Shown here: in pieces, positions 1-10,361 of the stretch | How positions within the stretch are numbered: the first letter of the stretch is position 1 | How the letters are laid out: each line of letters starts with the position of its first letter | From: Costertonia aggregata | GTDB lineage: Bacteria > Bacteroidota > Bacteroidia > Flavobacteriales > Flavobacteriaceae | Assembly: GCF_013402795.1 (NCBI RefSeq) | Contig: NZ_CP058595.1 | Span: 2,077,848 to 2,141,847 of the forward strand | DNA length: 64,000 bases | Direction of reading: 5' to 3' | The notes under the pieces: model-generated | Told to the model about the DNA's origin: nothing | What the model saw: only the letters and a program-made list of their open reading frames with translations | The model's database searches: none | Made by a program: the position numbers and the translations under genes

Positions 1-693
1 AAGTGGAAGGAAAATCGCATGAAATGGCATCTTTCCCTAGGGTTGGGCGAGGAGAACTATCGTTTTCACGATCATGAAAAGCTGGCCCACTATGCAGATG
101 CCGCTTCGGATATTGAATTTCGTTTTCCCTTTGGCTTCAAAGAGTTGGAAGGAATACATTCCCGAACCGATTTTGACTTGGGCGCACATGAAAACCACTC
201 CGGTAAAAAATTACAATACTTTGATCACGAACAAAAGGAAAATTATGTGCCCTATGTCGTAGAGACTTCAATAGGTCTTGATCGTATGTTCCTTGCAGTA
301 TTTTCAAATGCCTTAAAAGAAGAGGAATTGGAGAATGGTACCACTCGTACCGTTTTGAAGTTGCCGGCAGTCTTGGCACCCACGAAAGCGGCCGTTTTAC
401 CTTTGGTAAAAAAGGACGGATTGCCAAAAGTGGCCAAAGACATCATAGACGACCTCAAATGGGACTTTAACGTGTCATATGATGAAAAAGATGCTGTTGG
501 TCGCAGATACCGCAGGCAAGATGCCAATGGAACACCATTTTGTATTACGGTAGATCATCAAACCTTGGAAGATAAGACCGTTACCATTCGCCATCGCGAT
601 ACCATGGAGCAATCACGTGTAGCTATTTCTGCGATCAAGGAAATAATACACCAAGAAGTGGATATGAAAACGTGGTTGCAAAAAATAGGATAG
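1..693 (+). CDS. glyQS: glycine--tRNA ligase, C-terminal fragment; the 5' end lies outside the window. Anticodon-binding domain region.
   Basis: The reading frame is open from the window edge. The translation ...GLDRMFLAVF...VLAPTKAAVLPLVKK... matches the class II dimeric GlyRS C-terminus. Confidence 0.8.
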   Translation, partial: KWKENRMKWHLSLGLGEENYRFHDHEKLAHYADAASDIEFRFPFGFKELEGIHSRTDFDLGAHENHSGKKLQYFDHEQKENYVPYVVETSIGLDRMFLAVFSNALKEEELENGTTRTVLKLPAVLAPTKAAVLPLVKKDGLPKVAKDIIDDLKWDFNVSYDEKDAVGRRYRRQDANGTPFCITVDHQTLEDKTVTIRHRDTMEQSRVAISAIKEIIHQEVDMKTWLQKIG

Positions 694-707
694 CATTTAT
701 ACAGAGA

Positions 708-2777
708 TCAAAGCGTGTATTTTAACTGTATACTCCCATAAAAATTTCTATCGTTCCCAGGATAAAAATAACGGGGCTCGTTACCGCCAAAACTCCTTGC
801 ATTGATCAGTACCGATTGTGCGTATAGGGTGTTCATGATGTTATTGATGCCAAAATCTACCCCAATGCTGAAATTATCCAATACCTGCTTTTGATATCCC
901 ATTCTTGTATTGAATATGTTGAAAGAGTCGCTGTACAGGGTATTTGCGTCCGTCAAAGAAATTTCATCGACAAATTGATGTATTATGTTCCAGTAAAAGC
1001 CAGCTGAGTGCTTCAGTTGTATACCGGTATTGATTCTATGTTTTGGCACGCCCGTCAATGGATTACCAGAAAAATCGTCATCCCCATCTACAAAATCGAT
1101 AAAGCTATGGTTACTTAGGGTGTAATTCAAGAAAGGGGATAAGGTTAACTTAGCGGTAACGGCAGCAGTATAGGTAAGTGCTAGGTCAATGCCTTGGTGT
1201 CTGGTCTTTCCGGCATTTCTACCGATAAATTGATCGTCCCCTACACGTTGTGCTACCAAAAGGTCGTTAACGTCCATTTGATAGAGCGCAAGGTTTACCG
1301 AAAGTCTTTTCTTTAGGAGAGTCAACCTACTTCCAATTTCATAATTTATTCCTTTTTCTTGGGCTATATCTGGATTGATAACTCCATCGGGAGTCAAGGT
1401 TTCCTCTAAGCTTGGGTTAGAGAATCCACGACTTATGTTACCGTAAAACGAACTTTTGTCGCTGAGTTTATATTCCAAGGTAAAATTGGGCAGTAGTATA
1501 GCGTTAAAATTTCGTGCTGCATTTTTGTTGCTGTCGTCCGTATTGAACAAATCCCTAAAATCATATTTGGTTTGGTTGAGATTAAGTCCTAATTGTACTG
1601 AAAATCTGGAGGTAAATGGGTAGGTGAACGTTCCAAAAATATTCGACTGTCTTCTAAATTCCTTGTTTTTGCTGATACGATTGCCCTGTAGGCTCCCATT
1701 GCCATTATTTTCTTGATACAAATTTTCAAAGGTACCCCAGTTATATTCATCTTTATATAGCTCAGCCCCAATGGTGTAGTCGGCAAAAGATAGTTTACCC
1801 GAAAAAGAAGTGCGAAAACCGTAACCGTTGGTAAATTCATCCAAAATATTGAAAGGTCTAGGTTCGTAGTGGTCCAAATACGTATAAAAAACACTGGTTG
1901 TGTTCTCTAAAGAAGTGTCAAAGCTGTGGGTATAGGAGAGTCCTGCCAAAGTGTATCTGTTGGCTTCAAAACCTTGCGAAGCCCCCCACGTAAAAGCTGC
2001 TTGTCTCGGGTTTTCAATAAAATCGGTCTCACCAAGGGAGCTTGGTATTTGGGCGGTATAATCAATATGGTTCAATAAAAAAGTAATGGAGTTTTTCATA
2101 TTGATTTTAAAGGTTGAATTCAACAAAAAGCCATCACGTTGAAAACGGTTGTTCTCTCTGAACCCGTTGGTGTTCAAATGCCCGTATCGTATGCCAAACG
2201 ATAGTTTATCGTCATTATGCTCAAAACTTAGATTGTTTTTTAGTAGACCATATGAACCAAATGTAAAATTGTTGGTAAAACGGGTAAAATCATCTATTGA
2301 TTCTTTTGTGTTCAACAATATGGCGCCTCCTAGATTTGTACCAAAGGCGCTACCTTTTGGCCCTTTGATGATTTCTATACTGCCTAAATTTTCAATATCA
2401 TATGCCTCTAAAGTTGAAGATCCTGTACCATTGGTTACGGGAATGCCGTTAAAATAAAGGCGAAGCTTATCGGTTCCGAAAGGGGTTCTGGCGCCAATGC
2501 CCCTGATGGTAATCCTATTAGTGTTCAAAGCTCCGGAGAGGAGATAAACCCCAGGAATTTGATTTATTATCGAAGCGGCATCAATGGGGCTATAATTCCG
2601 GAAAATTTTTGGGCCAATGATTTCCGATGGGGTAATCCCATTAGCTTTTTTTTTAATGGCCTCTTCCAATAAAATAACTTCTTCAAGAACAGTGACACTA
2701 TCTTTTTTGGCGGGTTCTTGGGCAATGCCCCAAACCATTGCAAAACACAGGAAAAAACCAGAAATAGCACCTTTCAT
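708..2777 (-). CDS. TonB-dependent outer-membrane receptor, 689 aa; ligand unknown.
   Basis: Signal peptide. A plug-domain motif NRITIRGIGARTPF. A long beta-barrel with alternating aromatic repeats. The size is typical of a TBDR. Confidence 0.85.
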   Translation of the reverse strand: MKGAISGFFLCFAMVWGIAQEPAKKDSVTVLEEVILLEEAIKKKANGITPSEIIGPKIFRNYSPIDAASIINQIPGVYLLSGALNTNRITIRGIGARTPFGTDKLRLYFNGIPVTNGTGSSTLEAYDIENLGSIEIIKGPKGSAFGTNLGGAILLNTKESIDDFTRFTNNFTFGSYGLLKNNLSFEHNDDKLSFGIRYGHLNTNGFRENNRFQRDGFLLNSTFKINMKNSITFLLNHIDYTAQIPSSLGETDFIENPRQAAFTWGASQGFEANRYTLAGLSYTHSFDTSLENTTSVFYTYLDHYEPRPFNILDEFTNGYGFRTSFSGKLSFADYTIGAELYKDEYNWGTFENLYQENNGNGSLQGNRISKNKEFRRQSNIFGTFTYPFTSRFSVQLGLNLNQTKYDFRDLFNTDDSNKNAARNFNAILLPNFTLEYKLSDKSSFYGNISRGFSNPSLEETLTPDGVINPDIAQEKGINYEIGSRLTLLKKRLSVNLALYQMDVNDLLVAQRVGDDQFIGRNAGKTRHQGIDLALTYTAAVTAKLTLSPFLNYTLSNHSFIDFVDGDDDFSGNPLTGVPKHRINTGIQLKHSAGFYWNIIHQFVDEISLTDANTLYSDSFNIFNTRMGYQKQVLDNFSIGVDFGINNIMNTLYAQSVLINARSFGGNEPRYFYPGNDRNFYGSIQLKYTL

Positions 2778-2808
2778 TTGTTTGGGAATAAGACTGTGAA
2801 ATTAGGAA

Positions 2809-3324
2809 TTAAAACCGAAACCCTAATGAAAGTCCGGCTCTGTACATGAAGGTATTTTGAAATTCTTCGGTTTTTACATTTCGGCCTAGCCCCGCATTTA
2901 TTTCCAATGAAAATTTTTGACTTCTGGTGACCCATTTATTGCCTATGCCAAGGCCTAAAGCAAAGGTGTTATAATCTCTTGATGGTTGAGCGGTGTTGTT
3001 CTGTGTTTCCTCTTCTCCGGTATAATAAAGCCCAAAAGCCTCGGCAAAGAAACCACTTCTTGGGCGATACCCGAAATAAGCCCTTACATTTGGCCCTATA
3101 CCAAAGTTGCCGTTATAGTCGGCAGCATCATTATCGGCATATAAGGTACCTCCAATACTTACATCTTGGTTCAAAAAATATTCATAGGAACCTTCTACCG
3201 TTGTAGTCGCTAAAAATAAACCTATGTTGAGTTTTATCTCGTGGTCGTTTTCAAATTGGGGATAAGCCTGGGCATTTGAGAAATAACCGTTGGTTATAAT
3301 AAAAAGTATAATCATTTTTTTCAT
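2809..3324 (-). CDS. small outer-membrane beta-barrel protein (OmpW/OmpA-like 8-strand barrel), hypothetical.
   Basis: Signal peptide ending NAQA. Alternating hydrophobic beta-strand pattern with a C-terminal ...LGFRF aromatic end. It lies 31 bp upstream of the TBDR on the same strand. Confidence 0.55.
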   Translation of the reverse strand: MKKMIILFIITNGYFSNAQAYPQFENDHEIKLNIGLFLATTTVEGSYEYFLNQDVSIGGTLYADNDAADYNGNFGIGPNVRAYFGYRPRSGFFAEAFGLYYTGEEETQNNTAQPSRDYNTFALGLGIGNKWVTRSQKFSLEINAGLGRNVKTEEFQNTFMYRAGLSLGFRF

Positions 3325-3449
3325 GAGATCTTGAAATTATGCTTGTTTAAAATCAAATGCTATTCCAAAGTTAAATTATTTACCGAGTTTAATACAGGTA
3401 GTATTTTTATTGGAGGTTTAGTTTCGTTATTTTCGAGCAAATTTTATGT

Positions 3450-4211
3450 ATGAAAATAGTATCATATAACGTTAATGGGATTCGAGCAGCGTTGAACAAG
3501 GGTTTCTTGGAATGGTTGCAAACCGTTGACCCAGATGTGGTTTGTCTTCAAGAAATCAAAGCAATGGAAGAGCAATTGGACCTTTCGCTTTTCGAAAATG
3601 CCGGATATTCGCATAACTACTGGTTCAGTGCGCAAAAAAAAGGATATAGCGGTGTTGCCATCTTATCAAAAACGAAACCAGACCATGTAGAAGTCGGGAC
3701 CGGAATCAAGTATATGGATTTCGAGGGGCGAAACCTAAGGGCCGATTTTGGCAATCTTTCGGTCATGAGCATGTATTTGCCTTCGGGAACCAATCAGGCA
3801 AGGCTGGAACATAAATTGACGTATATGGCAGATTTTCAGAAATATGCCGATAAACTTCGCAAGTCACGCCCCAATTTGATTGTGCTGGGAGACTATAATA
3901 TTTGTCACGAGGCCATAGATATTCACAATCCCGTTGGCTTAAAAAATGTTTCGGGATTTTTGCCTGTGGAACGGGAATGGATAGGTAACTTTATCAAAAG
4001 TGGCTTTATTGATAGTTTTCGTCACTTTAATTCCGAACCCAATAATTATACCTGGTGGAGCTATCGTGCCAATGCGAGAAACAACAACAAGGGTTGGCGT
4101 TTAGATTATGCTATGGTCAGCGAGCCTCTAAAAGATAAGCTAAAACGTTCCGTTATCTTGTCCGAGGCCAAGCATAGCGATCATTGCCCGATTCTAGTAG
4201 AATTGGATTAA
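3450..4211 (+). CDS. xth: exodeoxyribonuclease III
   Basis: MKIVSYNVNGIRAAL...VVCLQEIKA and C-terminal SDHCPI motifs, typical of ExoIII/APE1-family endonucleases. Confidence 0.9.
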   Translation: MKIVSYNVNGIRAALNKGFLEWLQTVDPDVVCLQEIKAMEEQLDLSLFENAGYSHNYWFSAQKKGYSGVAILSKTKPDHVEVGTGIKYMDFEGRNLRADFGNLSVMSMYLPSGTNQARLEHKLTYMADFQKYADKLRKSRPNLIVLGDYNICHEAIDIHNPVGLKNVSGFLPVEREWIGNFIKSGFIDSFRHFNSEPNNYTWWSYRANARNNNKGWRLDYAMVSEPLKDKLKRSVILSEAKHSDHCPILVELD

Positions 4212-4298
4212 AAATAATACCATATTTAAACTTTTGGGAACATTGCAGTCGCTTCTGAAGTGTTAAATTTGCAATAGAAACCCTACAATTAATTTTCA

Positions 4299-5339
4299 AT
4301 GATTTATACCAAACTCCCCCATACCGATATAGAGGTAAGCAAAATTTGTCTAGGCACAATGACATGGGGACATCAAAATACCGAAGCTGAAGGTCACGAA
4401 CAAATGGATTATGCCGTGGATAAAGGGGTCAATTTTTTTGATGCTGCCGAATTGTATCCAGTACCAGCTCATCCCGATTATCAAGGGGAAACTGAAAAAA
4501 TAATAGGGACTTGGTTTAAGAAAACAGGAAAAAGGGATAAAATAATTTTGGCATCCAAAATTGCAGGGAACGGCGATTATACAAAATTTATTAGAACCAC
4601 AGGTTTTAAGAGGGAAGCCGTAATAGAAGCAGTTGAAGGAAGTTTACAAAGACTCCAGACCGATTATGTAGACTTATACCAATTGCACTGGCCAGAAAGG
4701 AATACCAATTATTTTGGCCAACGTGGCTATAAGCACGACATCACAGATTATTGGGAAGATAATATTCATCAAGTTTTGGAAACTTTACGGGATTTGATTC
4801 GTGAAGGAAAAATAAGGCATGTAGGTATATCCAATGAAACGCCTTGGGGCACCATGCGTTATTTGGAAGAAAGCAAGGTGCATGCCACGCTCCCCAGAAG
4901 TATTACCATTCAAAACCCGTACAGTTTGTTGAATCGTTTGTTCGAGGTAGGTCTTTCAGAGATATCAATGCGAGAGAAAATAGGCCTTCTCGCTTACTCC
5001 CCATTGGGTTTTGGTGTACTCAGCGGTAAATACCTAGGGGATAGAATGCCCGAGGGTGCTCGTGTTACCATGCATCCTAGATTCAAAAGATACAGCGGAG
5101 AGATTTCAAAAAAAGCTACCCAAAAGTACTATGAACTGGCACAAGCCAACGATATATCCATGGCCCAAATGTCTTTGGCATTCGTTAATACGAGACCTTT
5201 CGTTACCAGTAATATCATTGGGGCTACCTCTATAAAACAGTTGGAGGAAAATATTGCCAGTATTGATGTAAAACTAACCGATGAGATTTTAAAGGGGATA
5301 GAAGCCATTCATGACGAGTTTCCTAATCCAGCTCCGTAG
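4299..5339 (+). CDS. aldo/keto reductase family NADP-dependent oxidoreductase (Tas-like)
   Basis: ICLGTMTWG...GVNFFDAAELY...LYQLHWPE... are AKR signature blocks. Confidence 0.85.
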   Translation: MIYTKLPHTDIEVSKICLGTMTWGHQNTEAEGHEQMDYAVDKGVNFFDAAELYPVPAHPDYQGETEKIIGTWFKKTGKRDKIILASKIAGNGDYTKFIRTTGFKREAVIEAVEGSLQRLQTDYVDLYQLHWPERNTNYFGQRGYKHDITDYWEDNIHQVLETLRDLIREGKIRHVGISNETPWGTMRYLEESKVHATLPRSITIQNPYSLLNRLFEVGLSEISMREKIGLLAYSPLGFGVLSGKYLGDRMPEGARVTMHPRFKRYSGEISKKATQKYYELAQANDISMAQMSLAFVNTRPFVTSNIIGATSIKQLEENIASIDVKLTDEILKGIEAIHDEFPNPAP

Positions 5340-5421
5340 CTTTACGATAATCGCCAAGTTTAAAGATTCGGTCGCTTGTATCGAAATATAGAATTTTTGG
5401 TTTTACCGGTATTGAGATCAC

Positions 5422-6783
5422 TTACCCAAATAAACTGCCGACGACATCTTCAATACGGGAAGCTAGTATAACTCGTATTTGGGTGTTTTTTAGACCTATT
5501 TTGTTATTTTTTGATACGTAAATTGATGTAAAGCCTAATTTTTCTGCTTCCAAAATACGCTGGTCTACCCGTTGTACGGGTCGTATTTCGCCTGCGAGAC
5601 CTACCTCGGCGGCAAAACAGATGCCTTTTTCTATCGGGATGTCCTCATTACTGGAAAGAATGGCGGCGATAACGGCCAAATCAATGGCAGGGTCATCAAC
5701 TGAAATGCCTCCGGTGATATTCAAGAAAACATCTTTGGCCCCCAGCTTAAATCCCGCTCGTTTTTCGAGTACGGCCAAAAGCATGTTTAGGCGTTTTGCA
5801 TTATAACCAGTTGTGGACCGTTGGGGCGTACCATACACTGCGGTACTGACCAATGCCTGTATTTCTATCATCAAAGGTCGCATGCCCTCAATGGTAGAAG
5901 CTATTGCTGTACCGCTGAGCCCTTCATCGTTTTTGGAGATCAGGATTTCGGACGGGTTGTTCACTTGCCGTAAACCACCGCCCTGCATTTCGTAAATACC
6001 GAGTTCGGCCGTTGAGCCAAACCTGTTTTTTAGGGAGCGTAAAATTCGGTATACATAATTACGGTCACCTTCGAATTGAAGTACCGTGTCTACCATATGC
6101 TCCAATATTTTAGGCCCGGCTATTGAACCGTCTTTGGTAATATGACCGATCAAGATAACGGGCGTATGGGTCTCCTTTGCAAATTTGATAAGTTCCGCAG
6201 TACATTCCCGTATTTGTGAGATACTTCCTGCTGCGGATTCAATATAATCTGAATGCAACGTTTGGATGGAATCGATTACCACGATATCAGGTTCGGTAGC
6301 TTCGATCTGCTGAAAGATATTCTGTGTTTTTGTTTCCGTAAGGATAAAGCAGGTCTCACTATTGGGATGAATACGATCCGCACGCATCTTTATCTGTTTT
6401 TGACTTTCCTCACCTGAAACATACAAGGTCTTGTAGGGTAGTTTCAATGCTATTTGAAGCAGTAGGGTGCTTTTTCCCACACCAGGCTCTCCGCCCAACA
6501 GTACCAACGCTCCGGGAACAAGCCCGCCACCTAAGACACGATTGAACTCTAGATCAAAGGTGTCGAGGCGTATTTCCCTGTTTATCGAGATTTCGTTTAT
6601 CCGTAAAGGTTTAGTTATTTTTTTAGAGGTATTGGCAGGGCTCTTCCAACCCGATTTTTCCTCTTTTTGGATTATTTCCTCTGCAACGGTGTTCCATTCC
6701 TTGCAAGCACTGCATTGCCCTACCCATTTAGCGTATTGGGTGCCACAATTTTGACAAAAAAAAGCGGTTTTGGTTTTGGCCAT
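5422..6783 (-). CDS. radA: DNA repair protein RadA/Sms
   Basis: N-terminal C4 zinc finger CQNCG...CSAC. Walker A GGEPGVGKSTLLLQ. KNRFG motif. C-terminal Lon-like domain. Confidence 0.95.
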   Translation of the reverse strand: MAKTKTAFFCQNCGTQYAKWVGQCSACKEWNTVAEEIIQKEEKSGWKSPANTSKKITKPLRINEISINREIRLDTFDLEFNRVLGGGLVPGALVLLGGEPGVGKSTLLLQIALKLPYKTLYVSGEESQKQIKMRADRIHPNSETCFILTETKTQNIFQQIEATEPDIVVIDSIQTLHSDYIESAAGSISQIRECTAELIKFAKETHTPVILIGHITKDGSIAGPKILEHMVDTVLQFEGDRNYVYRILRSLKNRFGSTAELGIYEMQGGGLRQVNNPSEILISKNDEGLSGTAIASTIEGMRPLMIEIQALVSTAVYGTPQRSTTGYNAKRLNMLLAVLEKRAGFKLGAKDVFLNITGGISVDDPAIDLAVIAAILSSNEDIPIEKGICFAAEVGLAGEIRPVQRVDQRILEAEKLGFTSIYVSKNNKIGLKNTQIRVILASRIEDVVGSLFG

Positions 6784-6912
6784 TCCTAAATCAAAGGTTA
6801 AGCCATAAAGATAGAACTTTGCCGTTTAAAAATGTTCAGTAGGTTTACGGGTTTTGTGACTAATATGCCTTTTAAAAATGTTGGACAAGATTTTAACCAA
6901 TTGGACATTGAT

Positions 6913-8052
6913 TTAAAACCCGAAATCGGCCTTGAGCGCATCAATTTTTTCAAGAGCCATTTCTTTGGTCAAGAAATCGATTTCTTCCATACCAAAGGCT
7001 TTTTCAAAAGTGCGTAACGCTTTTTTGGCCTCGCCCAATTCCTCATAATATTCGCCCTCAAAATAAAAGCCCATCATGGTTTCGGGAAATTCTTTTTTAC
7101 AAAGGTCAGAAAGAGGTTTTAGAGACTCGAAATCGTCTTTTTTACGGCTTGCAGCATAAATGGCCATGATGTCGTTTAACTCCACCTTTTTCTCAAATCC
7201 AAATAAATCGGATATCATACTATATTTCTTTTCTAAATAGCTGAATGCAGGTTCTTCCGAAGTCAATATCTTTTCTTTGTACTCTTTTGGGCTTATTTGT
7301 TTGAACATTTGAAAGGTTCTGTCCCATGCTTTTCCCAAGCCGTAAGTGGCTACTGAAGTCTCGTTGGCATCGGCATATTCATCAAAATAGTAGTGGATAT
7401 TATCCTTTTCCAATTTTTTTAATTCCGCATCCATTTGGGCGATACGATTTCTATTTGCGTTCTTCTCACCTGAAGTTATCAAATGATAAAAAATATGTTT
7501 TTCCATGGCTGCTAAACGTGAAGGTACCCTAGTTTCCATTTCAGGTGCCAAGGTCGGTGAGATGCTTATATAGGCATTAAAAAGCGATTGTTCCTTGAAC
7601 AGCCAATAATTCATAAAGTTTGCAGTAATACCGTACCCTACGATCATTTTAAATGGGGCGGTTTTGTAGTTAAGGTCTAGATAAGGAATAATTTCCATGC
7701 CCAAAAACTCATAAAAAAGTTTTCCTTTTTCAGAAGGCAAACCATTTTCCTCAAAAGCACAATCATCAAAACGTAAGCCATCCTTATTTTGATGAATACC
7801 AACTATAATTGCTTGAGGCATTCCTTGAAATTCGCTATTGAACTTTGAAACGGCCACTACTTGGTCGAATAGATATTCGGCATCCATAACGACGATCAAA
7901 GGGTATTTTTTTTCTTCGGTATAGTCTTCGGGAAAATAATATCGGACATCCCTTCTTTCCTGTAATTTGAAGGATTCAAAAATCTCTTGTTTTACTTGTG
8001 CGGATAATCCAAAGCATATTGCAAATGCAAAAAAAGACACTAAGCGTTTCAT
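6913..8052 (-). CDS. secreted esterase-like alpha/beta-hydrolase-fold protein with a C-terminal helical-repeat region. A canonical GxSxG nucleophile motif is not obvious.
   Basis: Signal peptide. YPLIVVMDAEYLFD block typical of the 'putative esterase' family. The position where GxSxG is expected reads GYGITAN. Confidence 0.55.
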   Translation of the reverse strand: MKRLVSFFAFAICFGLSAQVKQEIFESFKLQERRDVRYYFPEDYTEEKKYPLIVVMDAEYLFDQVVAVSKFNSEFQGMPQAIIVGIHQNKDGLRFDDCAFEENGLPSEKGKLFYEFLGMEIIPYLDLNYKTAPFKMIVGYGITANFMNYWLFKEQSLFNAYISISPTLAPEMETRVPSRLAAMEKHIFYHLITSGEKNANRNRIAQMDAELKKLEKDNIHYYFDEYADANETSVATYGLGKAWDRTFQMFKQISPKEYKEKILTSEEPAFSYLEKKYSMISDLFGFEKKVELNDIMAIYAASRKKDDFESLKPLSDLCKKEFPETMMGFYFEGEYYEELGEAKKALRTFEKAFGMEEIDFLTKEMALEKIDALKADFGF

Positions 8053-8078
8053 CGTATTGGTTTTGGCCAGTAGAATTT

Positions 8079-9044
8079 CTACTTATTTCTGTTCAATAAC
8101 GGTAATAACAGAAAAGATATTGCACCGAAGAAAATGACCATTGCGGTCTGTGCTATCCACATGATCCAGCCAAACGCAGTACCAGATACCGCACTTATCC
8201 CAAAAATCTCAAGAGATTTACTTACGGCAATAGGGAAGGCCAAAAACCCGCCATTGGTCGTCGCCATGGCGAAAGCACCGCCAACAAATGCTACCAACAA
8301 AGCTCCAAAAGAAAGTCCGGTAGTTTCCAAAACGGTAAATTTAATGACCCAAAACATCATGATATAAGCCCCCCAAATAAAAAAAGTATGAAAAATAAAC
8401 GCCCATTTACGCTTCATTTTAAAGACACTTAAAATGCCGTCCAAAAGACTTTTTAGAAAATTTTTGAGCTTGACAGCAAAGGCAGAGGTAGATTTTTTGA
8501 CCAATCGTATGGCTATTACCAATCCAATGATGCCAATGGCCAAAATAACGCCGCCACTAAGTATGCCGAGCCCCGATTCTTGTATAAAACCTAAAATAAG
8601 GTCGGTTTGGAGCAATAATGCTATTGATATTACCAACAAAAGCATAATGAGGTCAATAATCCTTTCAGTAACTATAGTGCCTATTCCTTTCTCGAAGGGA
8701 ACATCCTCATATGTGGCCAAAGCTGTGGCCCTAAGTATCTCCCCCGACCTTGGAATACCCAAATTGGCCAAATACGCCGTTAAAATGATCAGTACGTTAT
8801 TGGTTATTTTGGGTTTGTACCCCAAAGGTTCAAGTAGATAGTTCCACCGTATGGCCCTTGAGACATGGCTGAGAATGCCTATGGCTATTGAAACGCTTAC
8901 CCAAAATAAATCGGCTTCGCGAACATACTTGATGATTTCCTTGCGTTGAAAAGGGGTTGTGGAGTTATATAGGTACCAGACCAAAAAAACTCCCAAGACT
9001 ATTGGGAGTATTATTTTTAGTGTTTTTTTAATCGATTTGTTCAC
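8079..9044 (-). CDS. flippase-like / lysylphosphatidylglycerol-synthase-TM-region family integral membrane protein
   Basis: About 8 predicted TM helices. The family-typical N-terminus MNKSIKKTLKIILPIVLGVFLVWYL. It lies 3 bp downstream of panD. Confidence 0.55.
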   Translation of the reverse strand: MNKSIKKTLKIILPIVLGVFLVWYLYNSTTPFQRKEIIKYVREADLFWVSVSIAIGILSHVSRAIRWNYLLEPLGYKPKITNNVLIILTAYLANLGIPRSGEILRATALATYEDVPFEKGIGTIVTERIIDLIMLLLVISIALLLQTDLILGFIQESGLGILSGGVILAIGIIGLVIAIRLVKKSTSAFAVKLKNFLKSLLDGILSVFKMKRKWAFIFHTFFIWGAYIMMFWVIKFTVLETTGLSFGALLVAFVGGAFAMATTNGGFLAFPIAVSKSLEIFGISAVSGTAFGWIMWIAQTAMVIFFGAISFLLLPLLNRNK

Positions 9045-9046
9045 AA

Positions 9047-9397
9047 TCAGTTTAAGAGATTGTTTTCCTCATTGGGGAATACCAAAGATGGGTTGAAAGT
9101 TTTGGCCTTCTCAATATCCATTCTTGCGTAGGTTATTAAAATAAGTACGTCGCCAACGGCTACTTTTCGAGATGCGGCACCGTTTAGGGTTATTTCACCA
9201 CTATTTCTTGGTCCCGGTATGGCGTAAGTCTCCAAGCGTTCTCCATTATTGTTGTTTACGATCTGGACTTTTTCGCCTTGGATAATATTTGCGGCATCCA
9301 TCAAATCTTCATCAATGGTAATGCTGCCAATGTAATCAAGATCGGCACCGGTAACTTTTACACGGTGAATTTTTGATTTTACGACTTCAATTTGCAT
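9047..9397 (-). CDS. panD: aspartate 1-decarboxylase
   Basis: [21 protein letters not shown]...NGAASR. The Gly-Ser self-cleavage site is present. 116 aa. Confidence 0.95.
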   Translation of the reverse strand: MQIEVVKSKIHRVKVTGADLDYIGSITIDEDLMDAANIIQGEKVQIVNNNNGERLETYAIPGPRNSGEITLNGAASRKVAVGDVLILITYARMDIEKAKTFNPSLVFPNEENNLLN

Positions 9398-9410
9398 GGC
9401 ACAAAGTTAA

Positions 9411-10256
9411 TCAATTCAGGGCTATATTATCTATTAGCCTAACCTCCTCGGCGTAAACGGCGATAAAAGCCCTATATTTTTTATTTTTATGTTTTTTTTG
9501 AAAAGGTCGGAGTGTTTCAGCATCGGTAATCTCAATATATTCCAATTGAAAATCGGGGTGTTGCTTAAACCTGTTTTCAACCCACTCTATGATAGAATCA
9601 GCACTTTTCGTGCCAAATTTTTCCTTGGCAGACAATAGGGTTTGGTATATGAGTGAGGCGCTATGCCTCATGGTCTCGGACAAACGTTCATTTCTTGAAC
9701 TTAACGCCAACCCATTTGGCTCTCGAACTATGGGGCATCCTATGATTTTGACAGCAAGGTTCCTTATCTCAACAAGTTTTTTTATGATTTGCAATTGTTG
9801 AAAATCCTTTTCCCCAAAATACGCTATATCGGGAGCTATTACGGTCAATAAAGCTTCAACTATCGTCCCGACGCCATCAAAATGACCTTGTCTAAAAGCT
9901 CCTTCCATCACCTGGTCCAATCCATCAAAATCATAGGATTTTGCAGAGATTTCATCTGAATACATTTCAGATACCGGTGGTGCAAAAACCAGTATTTCCT
10001 TGGAGATGGTTTTTATCAAACCAATATCTTTTTCCAAGGCTTTCGGATATTTTTTTAAATCGTCCTTATTGTCAAATTGCGTGGGGTTTACAAATATACT
10101 TACCACCACCACCTTGTTCTCTTCAAATGCCCTTTGTATAAGGGTCAAATGCCCCTTATGCAGTGCGCCCATAGTGGGTACAAGACCTATACTGTGTTGT
10201 TCTGGTTTTTCGGAAAGCACGTTGGTCAATTCCTTTTTGGTACGGAATACTTGCAT
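9411..10256 (-). CDS. panC: pantoate--beta-alanine ligase. The start is placed at the internal Met (MQVFRTKKEL), not the 25-codon-longer ORF start at 10331.
   Basis: GLVPTMGALHKGHLTLI HIGH-type motif. The resulting length, about 281 aa, is typical. Confidence 0.92.
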   Translation of the reverse strand: MQVFRTKKELTNVLSEKPEQHSIGLVPTMGALHKGHLTLIQRAFEENKVVVVSIFVNPTQFDNKDDLKKYPKALEKDIGLIKTISKEILVFAPPVSEMYSDEISAKSYDFDGLDQVMEGAFRQGHFDGVGTIVEALLTVIAPDIAYFGEKDFQQLQIIKKLVEIRNLAVKIIGCPIVREPNGLALSSRNERLSETMRHSASLIYQTLLSAKEKFGTKSADSIIEWVENRFKQHPDFQLEYIEITDAETLRPFQKKHKNKKYRAFIAVYAEEVRLIDNIALN

Positions 10257-10361
10257 AATAACTTTGGAATGGGCGAGCAAACTTACTATAATTACTGCTA
10301 TTCTGCATAATTTTTGTAATTTTGCAGCCACGATTGCGCGAAAAATAAAATCACAACTTCT

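Noticed and set aside
1589-2457. Several 60-100-aa ORFs nested inside the 708-2777 TBDR gene. The same applies within other large genes.
   Set aside because: These are shadow ORFs in alternative frames of confidently assigned genes. No independent support exists.
3325-3449. Cobalamin or other riboswitch upstream of the small-OMP/TBDR operon
   Set aside because: Only about 125 bp of divergent promoter space is available. No B12-box-like motif was seen.
10257-10331. 25-codon N-terminal extension of panC (ORF start at 10331), and likewise the 22-codon extension of ahcY (start 63341)
   Set aside because: Internal Met starts give canonical protein lengths and N-termini. The extended regions are hydrophobic or non-conserved and overlap divergent promoter space.
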